From: Patescibacteria group bacterium
Lineage (GTDB): Bacteria > Patescibacteriota > Minisyncoccia > Moranbacterales > UBA9337
NCBI GenBank assembly: GCA_042569905.1
Contig: JBHPHA010000003.1
Span: 2,471-66,470 of the forward strand
Direction of reading: 5' to 3'
Length of the DNA: 64,000 bases
Shown here: positions 1-8,017 of the stretch, piece after piece
Numbering within the stretch: position 1 is the first letter of the stretch
Layout of the letters: every line of letters begins with the position of its first letter
Translations under genes and position numbers: made by a program
Notes under the pieces: generated by a model
The model's database searches: none
Told to the model about the DNA's origin: nothing
The model's input: only the letters and a program-made list of their open reading frames with translations

Positions 1-2
1 AA

Positions 3-329
3 GTAGTTGATTCAGTTGTGGGGGATTTGCTATATCCACGAAACAAGCTGAAATTAATTCAATGTCTAAGAGAGTATTCTGGTTTGCAGGATGTTCGGAT
101 CAATGCTGTTCTCAATAATGTAGCAGTCAAAAATCTGCTCCTGGGGAACCTTATCGTACTTCATTATGCTAATGGGAAACGTATTCAAGAACTGAGAGAT
201 GCGTATGATAGAAGCTGGCAAGAAGAATCAGCGTATGCCGCCGAACCTTTTTTGGACGCTGAAAGAAAAGGGCTTATTTCACACAGTGACCTAAGTTTAA
301 TCAAACAAACGTTTTATACTGACTTATAA
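3..329 (+). CDS. hypothetical protein; 5' end probably beyond the window edge; paralog of 2004..2477
   Basis: The frame stays open back to position 3. The C-terminal half aligns by eye with the 2004..2477 product (NLLLGN vs KLLMGR, NGKRIQELR vs NGEWLRALR; both end TFY-x-D). Confidence 0.5.
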   Translation, partial: VVDSVVGDLLYPRNKLKLIQCLREYSGLQDVRINAVLNNVAVKNLLLGNLIVLHYANGKRIQELRDAYDRSWQEESAYAAEPFLDAERKGLISHSDLSLIKQTFYTDL

Positions 330-345
330 GTCAAGTGAATATATA

Positions 346-385
346 AACAGGGAAGAATCAAATAAGATTCACCCTGTTTTTTTGT
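346..385 (+). terminator. rho-independent terminator (type C hairpin, copy 1)
   Basis: CAGGG-AA-GAATC / GATTC-A-CCCTG stem followed by a T run. Nearly identical copy at 1404..1442. Confidence 0.7.
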
Positions 386-495
386 TGTAAAAATAAAGTA
401 AGTTGTCTTTTTTAGGTGGTTTTTTGTATATACTGATTGACTTTCTAGATAAAAAGCAGTAGTCTTTATTAAAGTTATCTTAACAATTTAATCTA

Positions 496-858
496 GTGTC
501 ACCTAACCTAAATCTATTAAGCAAGCAGGTTATTCAAATGACTAAGCAGAAAAAGGATTGTATTAATGGGCTGTGTCGAGATGGAAAAGTACATTGTGCT
601 ACATGTTTTTCAACAGGTAGGATATTGAAAAATCCTTGCAGTACTTGTCGAGGAACAGGAGTCGATTTAAAAAGTACTGAAAGGGATTGCCCCACCTGCA
701 AAAGTGCTCGGGTCAAAGGATTGAGCGTGGACGATTTTAACAAGCATAGAATGGATAAAACTTTCGTTAAAGAGTTTATTGTGGATTGTGGTGTGTGCAG
801 TGGAACAGGTCTCGTTCCGTGTCCGAAGTGTGTTAAAAAAATAGATACAGGAGAATGA
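496..858 (+). CDS. stand-alone DnaJ-type cysteine-rich zinc-finger protein (ZnF1)
   Basis: Repeated CxxCxGxG-like motifs (CSTCRGTG, CGVCSGTG, CPTC, CPKC). An ATG at 538 is an alternative start. Confidence 0.6.
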   Translation: MSPNLNLLSKQVIQMTKQKKDCINGLCRDGKVHCATCFSTGRILKNPCSTCRGTGVDLKSTERDCPTCKSARVKGLSVDDFNKHRMDKTFVKEFIVDCGVCSGTGLVPCPKCVKKIDTGE

Positions 859-861
859 GAA

Positions 862-1392
862 ATGTCTGATCATAAAGACTTAAAGGAGCAAATTGTAGGA
901 ACAGAAAAGTCTACTAAAATCCCATCTCTGGCAGCTAGACGAGTAGCTTTTTTAACCGAAAAAACCAAAACAACTCGAAAGATTCAGTTTGATACTGTGT
1001 TAAAGCTGGCATTATTGCAGATTAATCACAGTCATGTGGATGGACTTGTATATGCTTACCATGAGCCCAGACTAATTATCGAGCGACTCTTAAGTGCGGG
1101 TATTGAAATGGATATTGTGGGGCGCATAATGATTAAATACCATATGGGAGAAGAATTGACTGAAGCAGATGCTGTTATCATGCATCAGGTAGAGGGATGC
1201 TATATTAGGAATATTATACGCACAGAGTCTAAGGAGATTGCAGAATCAATATTAGATGAAGCAAAAATATTACTATATAAAACAATTCCTAATCTTCTGG
1301 CGGAATATGAAGTAGAAGTAGATGATAAGGATATGCAGTCTTTTCGGGATGATTTCTATTTCGATATTCTGGAATCAAATAGAAATAGCTAG
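862..1392 (+). CDS. hypothetical protein, probably co-transcribed with ZnF1
   Basis: 176-aa ORF beginning 3 nt after the ZnF1 stop. No motif recognised. Confidence 0.55.
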   Translation: MSDHKDLKEQIVGTEKSTKIPSLAARRVAFLTEKTKTTRKIQFDTVLKLALLQINHSHVDGLVYAYHEPRLIIERLLSAGIEMDIVGRIMIKYHMGEELTEADAVIMHQVEGCYIRNIIRTESKEIAESILDEAKILLYKTIPNLLAEYEVEVDDKDMQSFRDDFYFDILESNRNS

Positions 1393-1403
1393 GGACTTTA
1401 GTG

Positions 1404-1442
1404 AACAGGGAAGAATCAAATTAGATTCACCCTGTTTTTTTG
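1404..1442 (+). terminator. rho-independent terminator (type C hairpin, copy 2)
   Basis: Same hairpin as 346..385 with one loop difference, followed by a T run. Confidence 0.7.
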
Positions 1443-1466
1443 CTTCACCATTAATTAAATAAATTA

Positions 1467-1495
1467 TTGACAAATGCTGTGAATTGTAGTAAGAT
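1467..1495 (+). promoter_or_regulatory. sigma70-type promoter
   Basis: TTGACA, 17 nt, TAAGAT, upstream of 1562..2002. Confidence 0.5.
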
Positions 1496-1561
1496 TAATA
1501 ATTCAAGATAGTAATTTAAAAAATTAATAATACAATAACTTACTGTAAAGGGAGAATAGTA

Positions 1562-2002
1562 ATGAAAGAAATGAAAGATGCGATATTGAGGGACTTATGT
1601 AATGTTAAGATGTATGCAACAGGATTATGTCTTACGCTTGTAATAGATTTGTTTTTTTATGCTGTAGTATTTACCAGTATGACAGTAAATATAGAAAGTA
1701 GTCGCTTTGGTTTATTAGGACTACTCATTTTGTTTATCTGGACATTTGTATGGATTTGGGGATTGATTTTGTTACATTTACTGGAAAAACTTCTTTTTAT
1801 TTTAAACAATTTAGTAGCTTTTATTTTTATTTTCATATATGCCATTATCACAGAAGCTCAGACTTACTTATTAAGTATGTGCGGTGTCGATATTACGCAT
1901 GATAATATGTACTTCCTAACAATATTTGCATATTCGATATTACTTTGTTTGTACATATTTAAAATGTCAGGAAAAGCATCCCTAGAAGAAGAGGTTGATT
2001 AG
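1562..2002 (+). CDS. small multi-pass membrane protein
   Basis: 146 aa with several long hydrophobic segments. AGGGAG Shine-Dalgarno sequence before the ATG. Confidence 0.6.
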   Translation: MKEMKDAILRDLCNVKMYATGLCLTLVIDLFFYAVVFTSMTVNIESSRFGLLGLLILFIWTFVWIWGLILLHLLEKLLFILNNLVAFIFIFIYAIITEAQTYLLSMCGVDITHDNMYFLTIFAYSILLCLYIFKMSGKASLEEEVD

Positions 2003-2003
2003 A

Positions 2004-2477
2004 ATGAATGCGTCTAAGAAATTCAAAGAAAAAGCGCGGGTGATTAAAATAGATCATTTGAGTCGCGATGTTATGACTGCGTTGGATAAATTTCGCACCA
2101 TTCATGCCATGGAGTATTTGAGAACATTTCCGCCCAAGGCATTTCTTGAGAAACGCGTAACCAGGGTTGAGATAGTTGAGAAGCTCGAGTGGGCTAATTT
2201 GGACATTGAGTTTATCAAAGAGGTTGCGTATAAGTTGTTGATGGGTAGAGATTTGTTGGTTAAGGAAGTTGCCATCATTCATATTGTGAATGGGGAATGG
2301 CTCAGAGCCTTAAGAGAAAAGGATCAAAAAGAATGGGTCACTGAAAAAGAGCGATACATTCAAAGACTACTGCTCTCTATAACAACATCTCGACTAAGTG
2401 CAGCTAATAAGTCAGGAGAAGGTGCTCTCACGTTGGAGGAGGCAACTTTACTAGAAGAAACATTTTACTATGACTAA
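2004..2477 (+). CDS. hypothetical protein; paralog of 3..329
   Basis: The ATG at 2004 directly follows the 1562..2002 stop (the ORF track starts at TTG 1995). C-terminal similarity to the first ORF. Confidence 0.55.
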   Translation: MNASKKFKEKARVIKIDHLSRDVMTALDKFRTIHAMEYLRTFPPKAFLEKRVTRVEIVEKLEWANLDIEFIKEVAYKLLMGRDLLVKEVAIIHIVNGEWLRALREKDQKEWVTEKERYIQRLLLSITTSRLSAANKSGEGALTLEEATLLEETFYYD

Positions 2478-2541
2478 GAATATTAGTAAATATAATTTAA
2501 AAAGCACTATTTGTAGATAGTGTTCTCATTAAAATCTGAAT

Positions 2542-2766
2542 GTGCCACCCACTGAGTTTACTGGGGTTGTTAAAAAGTTGGTCATGGATTCTCATGGCAA
2601 CACAAAGTACCTCATAGTTGAAACTAGCTATGACGCAATGCTTCTTCAAATGCGATTTAGAACCACTGATGGACAAGAAGCAATGTCTGATGTGATTCCA
2701 CTTTTCAATAAAGGTTGCTTATCTTTCGGATGTGGCACAAAGGTTGTGAGAGTGAAAAATGGCTAA
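2542..2766 (+). CDS. small hypothetical protein
   Basis: 74-aa ORF with a GTG start, followed by a strong terminator. Confidence 0.35.
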   Translation: MPPTEFTGVVKKLVMDSHGNTKYLIVETSYDAMLLQMRFRTTDGQEAMSDVIPLFNKGCLSFGCGTKVVRVKNG

Positions 2767-2780
2767 TCAGAAAAACGTTC

Positions 2781-2815
2781 AGCCCTAGCTTGAAATTTCA
2801 AGATAGGGCTTTTTT
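2781..2815 (+). terminator. rho-independent terminator
   Basis: AGCCCTAGCTTGAAA / TTTCAAGATAGGGCT stem followed by TTTTT. Confidence 0.7.
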
Positions 2816-2872
2816 GTATGCGAATTATGAATTTACAAAAATACGACTTAACTGAAAATGTAATTTTTAAAT

Positions 2873-2910
2873 AAAAAAGGTGTCGACAGCATTACGCTAT
2901 CAACACCTTA
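2873..2910 (-). terminator. rho-independent terminator of ZnF2
   Basis: AGGTGTTGATAGC / GCTGTCGACACCT stem followed by a T run, read on the minus strand. Confidence 0.6.
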
Positions 2911-2943
2911 ACAGTAGTTTTTAGTTCATCTCTGAAGCTGGTA

Positions 2944-3195
2944 TTAACTTAAAGGCTCCAATCCTGATCCGTTACAGCGCTCACAGTTGACTTCAACCGC
3001 AAATCCCATATTAGCAATTACGGTACCGCTTCCCTTACATTCTTTACAGGCATTAGGACTATTAATCAGTCCTGTTCCTGCACAATCGGGACAGCTCACC
3101 TGAGCAGAAAAACCTCCACAGTCAGCGATTATAGTCCCGCTTCCGTTGCAGCTTGGGCAACGATCTCCAGTCAATTCTTGATTCGATTTACTCAT
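2944..3195 (-). CDS. stand-alone DnaJ-type cysteine-rich zinc-finger protein (ZnF2)
   Basis: Four CxxCxGSG/GTG motifs (CPSCNGSG, CPDCAGTG, CKECKGSG, CERCNGSG). The start is moved to the ATG at 3195, which has AAGGAG 8 nt upstream. Confidence 0.7.
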   Translation of the reverse strand: MSKSNQELTGDRCPSCNGSGTIIADCGGFSAQVSCPDCAGTGLINSPNACKECKGSGTVIANMGFAVEVNCERCNGSGLEPLS

Positions 3196-3265
3196 AACAG
3201 CACTCCTTTTCCGAATTAGTGAAAAATTACCTTGCAACAACATTGTTAAAAATTCAGGATATTAA

Positions 3266-3294
3266 AGTATATCATATATAAATAATTTTGTCAA
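3266..3294 (-). promoter_or_regulatory. sigma70-type promoter of ZnF2
   Basis: TTGACA, 17 nt, TATACT on the minus strand. Confidence 0.55.
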
Positions 3295-3338
3295 GACCAA
3301 AAGCGAAAGATTAATTAAAAAAATAAAATAAAACCAAA

Positions 3339-3512
3339 ATGGGGAAAATACAAAAGCTTAAAAAAATGAGAAAGTATTCAAAGAAAGAAGGTGATAGAAT
3401 TGCAAGGGAATTTGAGGAAAACTTTAAAATAGAAGACTGTATTCGATCTTGTCCAAGATTCGTTCCTAATTTAGCATGGAAGCTTTTGGTTAACTTTATG
3501 ATCAAAAGATAG
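3339..3512 (+). CDS. small hypothetical protein (57 aa); below the ORF-track cutoff
   Basis: ATG-started ORF MGKIQKLKKMRKYSKKEGDRIAREFEENF... It lies antisense to the low-complexity track ORF 3311..3505. Confidence 0.3.
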   Translation: MGKIQKLKKMRKYSKKEGDRIAREFEENFKIEDCIRSCPRFVPNLAWKLLVNFMIKR

Positions 3513-3518
3513 AGACCT

Positions 3519-3686
3519 ATGACACAAGATCAAATCGAACAAAAACAAAAAGATCAAATACTTCAGGAAATCCATAATGAGCTGGAAATGCAAGATTGGG
3601 GAGGAAATTATGACAAGGTTATTTTGAGAGTTGCTTTTAAGGGAAAACTTAATATTCTACCAATAGAATTAAACTTAAGAAAATAG
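3519..3686 (+). CDS. small hypothetical protein (55 aa); below the ORF-track cutoff
   Basis: ORF MTQDQIEQKQKDQILQEIHNELEMQDWGGNYDKV... beginning 7 nt after the previous stop. Confidence 0.3.
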   Translation: MTQDQIEQKQKDQILQEIHNELEMQDWGGNYDKVILRVAFKGKLNILPIELNLRK

Positions 3687-3759
3687 ATTAGTTGTGTTTG
3701 GTTTTCAGCCTACTTTATGCTATGTTTTTAGTATATATAAGTAGATTTTACTGCAAATT

Positions 3760-5412
3760 ATGAATGAAATATATTGTTTTGGATTAAACTTTTTTGCTAA
3801 ATGTCCAGAAACACATCTTAATGATCACTTTTTATTTAACCTTGAAACAGCCGTATCGAGCTTGGCAATAGTAGTTGCTATATATGCATTATTATTAGAA
3901 AAACGTTTTAGAGTAAGAATTCAAATAAAGAGATCACAGCTGAAAAAAATAATTTATCTTACTTTGTCGGTTCTATTTTTTACCTTTATTGGGGCCACGC
4001 TTCCTTATGTTTCTGGGGAGCCTCGTCCGATAATTGGATATCCAATTTTTTGGGAAATTCTTGCGTTTTTTATATTGCTTTATTGCATTTTCCAAGCGTT
4101 TGATTTAATGAGGTCAATTAAAAAACTTACAAAAAAACAAGTTAAGGAATTAATTATATGCGCACCTTATGACACATTAATTTATCATGGATTAATTGAT
4201 TTAATGGTGAAAGAAGCTGATTATTTTTGGGAGGATTTCCTCAAGAAAACCATAGTCAATGATGCATTAAGAGAAGTTTTGAAACATGATTTTTCTGGAG
4301 AAGATTTCTTAAAAGTGGCAGTGAAATCTAGATATATCTTACTGCAAACCGTATCAATTATCAAAAAGGCTAAGCCTGAGACAAATATACATCACATAGA
4401 AGAATATTTAAGAAAGCTATTTATACTTGGAGTATTTATAGATGATTCAATAATATCGCATGACTTAAAATCCAGCTATAAAGACATGACGAAATATATA
4501 ATGCGTGAAAATAAGATGGCAAATATTATCTTCGGTAATTATCGAGATTTATTTTTAACGAGCATGGACTTCAAAGATCAGAATCGCTTAGGCGTCCTTA
4601 AGCGATTCTTAAAGATATTTGAGTTATATCTAGGTAGAAAATATCATTACACTGAAGATGATAAGAAATTCACTAATCTCATTGAGATCAATACATTAGA
4701 GAATTTTCTTAGTTTTTTTAAAGATAGTCTAATGTATCTTAACTCAGAAGAAAAAACAGAATTCATGAGACAGCTCTCTTTTCTAACGGTGCAAATTAAA
4801 AACCTTCCTGAAGGTGAAAGCAGAGTATTATCCAAAGGAATTTATTCTATATTAGAAACTTATGCGCAAGGAAAGAACTGGTCAAAAGATCTTGGGGTCG
4901 ATAGACTATACTGTATTGAACTAGAATTAAGTTTTGTTGATCAAAATAAATATACAAGAGAATCATTCCAACAATTATTATTGGAAAAGATTGCAGGATC
5001 CAAGGATCCTAAAAAACGTACAAAGATAATGTATAACTTGGCAGGGTACTACCCAATGATGACTCCTGTTTACTTTTTTATTTATGGACATGCGCTATTT
5101 TCCAATCAAGTGCCTGCAAAAGATTTTAAATTTAATATGGCGATATTAAGAAAAATGCAAAAAAATCTTCCAAAAATTGCAGATGGCGAAATTATTAATA
5201 ATAAAGATAATAATTCTCAAGGGGATGAAAGAATTCTAAATGCTATGAATCAAAGAATTGAAAATTGTTTGAATGCAATGTTTCCAGATAATGTAATTTA
5301 TAATAAAGATGAGAATTCTTTGACTCATTATTTTTCAGGAAATCAATCCTCATCCACTTTGCTACTAAATGAAACTGTTCAAAAAAATGAGTTTGTTTTT
5401 AAGAAGAAATAG
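3760..5412 (+). CDS. membrane-anchored hypothetical protein (550 aa)
   Basis: Three or four N-terminal hydrophobic helices, then about 420 aa of soluble sequence with no recognised motif. Confidence 0.6.
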   Translation: MNEIYCFGLNFFAKCPETHLNDHFLFNLETAVSSLAIVVAIYALLLEKRFRVRIQIKRSQLKKIIYLTLSVLFFTFIGATLPYVSGEPRPIIGYPIFWEILAFFILLYCIFQAFDLMRSIKKLTKKQVKELIICAPYDTLIYHGLIDLMVKEADYFWEDFLKKTIVNDALREVLKHDFSGEDFLKVAVKSRYILLQTVSIIKKAKPETNIHHIEEYLRKLFILGVFIDDSIISHDLKSSYKDMTKYIMRENKMANIIFGNYRDLFLTSMDFKDQNRLGVLKRFLKIFELYLGRKYHYTEDDKKFTNLIEINTLENFLSFFKDSLMYLNSEEKTEFMRQLSFLTVQIKNLPEGESRVLSKGIYSILETYAQGKNWSKDLGVDRLYCIELELSFVDQNKYTRESFQQLLLEKIAGSKDPKKRTKIMYNLAGYYPMMTPVYFFIYGHALFSNQVPAKDFKFNMAILRKMQKNLPKIADGEIINNKDNNSQGDERILNAMNQRIENCLNAMFPDNVIYNKDENSLTHYFSGNQSSSTLLLNETVQKNEFVFKKK

Positions 5413-5428
5413 AAGTTAAATTTGAAAT

Positions 5429-5456
5429 TTGACAAAAACAAATAATCTGTTATAAT
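5429..5456 (+). promoter_or_regulatory. near-consensus sigma70 promoter with extended -10
   Basis: TTGACA, 16 nt, TGT-TATAAT. No ORF follows it. Confidence 0.6.
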
Positions 5457-5462
5457 GCAGTT

Positions 5463-5558
5463 ACAATTCGGTTGAAATAAACCAGCGCTCAATGCAGTAA
5501 GCAAGAAGAGCTAAGAAAGCATCCATTTTATTGTGGCTAATTTCTTAGCTCTTTTTTA
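5463..5558 (+). ncRNA. candidate small RNA (about 95 nt) between an orphan promoter and a terminator
   Basis: Promoter at 5429..5456. Terminator stem AAGAGCTAAGAAA (5506..5518) pairs with TTTCTTAGCTCTT (5541..5553), followed by a T run. No plausible ORF. Confidence 0.35.
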
Positions 5559-5675
5559 TTTGCTATGGGGTAATCTATTAATTCGGCTACTGTCCTGTTT
5601 TTTGATTGAAAAAGGAGAGTAGGCTAATATCAAGTAAAAGTTTAAGTCGGTGGATACTTATTTAAAGCCCTTTAT

Positions 5676-5766
5676 TTAAGCCAAAAAACGACCTTTAAAA
5701 CTGCGTTCTGAGGGGTTTTGATGTGCGAGGTGGTGTGTGTATACTCTGGGATATGGCTTAACTGAG
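5676..5766 (+). repeat. 91-nt inverted repeat, left copy (IR-L)
   Basis: 76 of 91 positions match the reverse complement of 7927..8017. Each copy is closed by TTAAGCCA ... TGGCTTAA. Confidence 0.8.
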
Positions 5767-5786
5767 GGAAATATGCTGAAAAACCT

Positions 5787-5815
5787 TTGACTTTTTAATA
5801 CTTCCAAGTTATATT
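5787..5815 (+). promoter_or_regulatory. promoter of ZnF3
   Basis: TTGACT, 17 nt, TATATT. Same architecture as 6492..6520. Confidence 0.55.
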
Positions 5816-5880
5816 TTGTATTCAGATTAGAATTAGTAACTTAACAAAAAAACTTCAACTACAAATAGGGGAGGATCATA

Positions 5881-6381
5881 ATGAATTTAGAGAAACGAAA
5901 ACGTCCGTGTTCGAATCCGAAGTGTAACGAATTGGGAGTAGAAGTTTGCCCAGACTGCAATGTGCACGGAGAGGTTCCTAGGCTTCCATGTTCATTTTGC
6001 GATGGAACAGGAAAAATTCCCTGGCTGTCAGAGGAGATCAAGCGAGCAACGGGCTCATCTCATGGAACTTGTTGGGCATGTGAAGGAACAGGGTCTGAGA
6101 GATTGAGAAGTATCGTTAGGTGTCAAAAAGTAATCAGAGAGTTTTTGGACAGAAGAATTCTGAAAGCTCTTGCTGTTTCCATCTATGCAGGTGAGTCCAA
6201 AAGAGCAACCTGCTCAGAATGGTTACGTGCAAACCTTTGCTTGTTTCCGAGTGATGATTTGATTAGAAAGCTATTTTTTAAAAAATGTCCCAAGTGCGAA
6301 GGGGATGAATATAAATCGTGTCCAGTGTGTGGCGATGAATGGGACAAATTTAACGTAGAGCCCAGTGATGATCATGATTGA
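5881..6381 (+). CDS. DnaJ-type cysteine-rich zinc-finger protein (ZnF3)
   Basis: CPDC, CSFCDGTG, CWACEGTG, CPKCEG and CPVCG motifs. GGGGAGG Shine-Dalgarno sequence. Confidence 0.65.
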   Translation: MNLEKRKRPCSNPKCNELGVEVCPDCNVHGEVPRLPCSFCDGTGKIPWLSEEIKRATGSSHGTCWACEGTGSERLRSIVRCQKVIREFLDRRILKALAVSIYAGESKRATCSEWLRANLCLFPSDDLIRKLFFKKCPKCEGDEYKSCPVCGDEWDKFNVEPSDDHD

Positions 6382-6400
6382 GAAGTAGTTTTGCAATTTA

Positions 6401-6430
6401 ACAGGATAGAAAAATCTATCCTGTTTTTTA
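6401..6430 (+). terminator. rho-independent terminator (type D, copy 1)
   Basis: ACAGGATAG / CTATCCTGT 9-bp stem followed by a T run. Confidence 0.75.
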
Positions 6431-6491
6431 ATTGGGAATAATATAATCAGTTTAATTAGAGGTCGAAGCAAGTCTTACTGAGTAGAAGTCT

Positions 6492-6520
6492 TTGACTTTT
6501 TGATTAGAATGGACTATATT
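6492..6520 (+). promoter_or_regulatory. promoter of ZnF4
   Basis: TTGACT, 17 nt, TATATT. Confidence 0.55.
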
Positions 6521-6581
6521 TCAATCAAGCAAAATTAGTATTTTAAAAAAATAAATCAACTCAAAAATAGGGGAGAAGGAA

Positions 6582-7094
6582 ATGAGTTATGAAAAACTAC
6601 TGTATCGTCCATGTCCACATCCAGCCTGCAATGGATCTGGGGATATAATTTGCCTTGCTTGTGATCAAAGAGGGCTTGCGCCAAAAAAACCTTGCCCAGA
6701 TTGTCAGGGCAAAGGATTTCGAATAGGTCCTATCAAAGGCATGTCGATGGGAGTAACGGTTTCAACTTGCGTCACCTGTAATGGAACAGGTATTCAAGGA
6801 CTCAGTAAATTCAAGACTTATTTGATTGAAAATTTTAACTTTCTTAAGGAGTTTCATTTTAAAAAATGCCCAAAATGCAACGGCAAAAAACTAACAACCT
6901 GTCCAACCTGTGAAGGAGCGGGGGAGATTGTTAATGATAACCCGTGCAAAAAATGCAAAGGCGCAGGTTGTCAGTTTGGGTCAGTAGGCAACGGAGGGAC
7001 TGGTATAGTGGTAGCTACTTGCTCAAGATGTCATGGAACTTGCACAGAGGAGAACGAAAGTCACAGTGAGAGAGCGCGACCTGATTTATTTTAA
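6582..7094 (+). CDS. DnaJ-type cysteine-rich zinc-finger protein (ZnF4)
   Basis: CPDCQGKG, CVTCNGTG, CPKCNGKK, CPTCEGAG, CKKCKGAG and CSRCHGTC motifs. Confidence 0.65.
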   Translation: MSYEKLLYRPCPHPACNGSGDIICLACDQRGLAPKKPCPDCQGKGFRIGPIKGMSMGVTVSTCVTCNGTGIQGLSKFKTYLIENFNFLKEFHFKKCPKCNGKKLTTCPTCEGAGEIVNDNPCKKCKGAGCQFGSVGNGGTGIVVATCSRCHGTCTEENESHSERARPDLF

Positions 7095-7123
7095 TCAAAT
7101 AATGCTTTTACAGTGGAGTACTA

Positions 7124-7152
7124 ACGGGGTAGAAAAATCTATCCCGTTTTTT
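7124..7152 (+). terminator. rho-independent terminator (type D, copy 2)
   Basis: ACGGGGTAG / CTATCCCGT stem. Relative to copy 1 it carries one compensatory A-T to G-C change and one G-T wobble. Confidence 0.75.
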
Positions 7153-7926
7153 AATAGGAAATAATACTGTATATGAGTTAGAAAAAAGAGGGATTCTAGA
7201 AAGAGCTTAAAGTGACATATTATAAAGAAAAGGGCTTATTCAAGCTATATTATCCGTGTCGCCAAATGTATCTTTTACGACATAGAGCTAAATAAAACCT
7301 TTATTTAAAGCATTATTCAATATTACATATTTATTACTTTTAGTGCACTGTATATGAGTAATTATATTAATAGATTAAGTATACTAATGCATTGCTATGG
7401 GTCTATTAAGACGACGCTCAAAATTGAGCTGTAAGAAATGTAATATAATTTTTGGTATCAATATATCACTTAAATAAAAATATTACTTAGAATTGATTTA
7501 TTTTTTCTAAATTATTTAAAATATATTCTCTCAACTGTATGCTTATAATTCTTGATATCAATATACCTGACTATATCTCAAATTGCATTAGAGATCATTT
7601 ATTTAACTCTATTTTATATTTTCTAAAAAAAGTTTAGATTTAATTTAAACTGAGTGTAATAAAAAAATAATTTATTAACTAGAATAAAAAAATACTTTTC
7701 ATCAGTTATTATCTCATTACTAGAATTGTATAATTATAATTCGTCTACACGACACAGTATGTTTATTTGTAATTACTCAAATACTTCAAATACAGAAAGT
7801 AAAGAATACCCCCTCTTTACGGATAATAAAAAAGAGTCTTTTTTTCCGAACAACACCCCTACTCCTTAGTCCTGTCTCGCTTATTTTAGAAATTAGGTAG
7901 CTTTTAGCAAAAACCCTGTTTTTTGG

Positions 7927-8017
7927 CTCTGTTAAGCCATATTCTATGGTATACTCATACCACCTTACATTACAAAACCCCTTAGAGCGCAGTTTTAGAG
8001 GTCGTTTTTTGGCTTAA
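7927..8017 (-). repeat. 91-nt inverted repeat, right copy (IR-R)
   Basis: Its reverse complement matches 5676..5766 at 76 of 91 positions. Confidence 0.8.

Noticed and set aside
3311-3505. 64-aa minus-strand ORF
   Set aside because: It is a hydrophobic, low-complexity reading of an AT-rich stretch. The plus-strand small ORFs there look more protein-like.
5905-5918. T-loop-like GTTCGAATC string suggesting a tRNA
   Set aside because: It lies inside the ZnF3 coding frame, and no acceptor or anticodon stems can be built around it.
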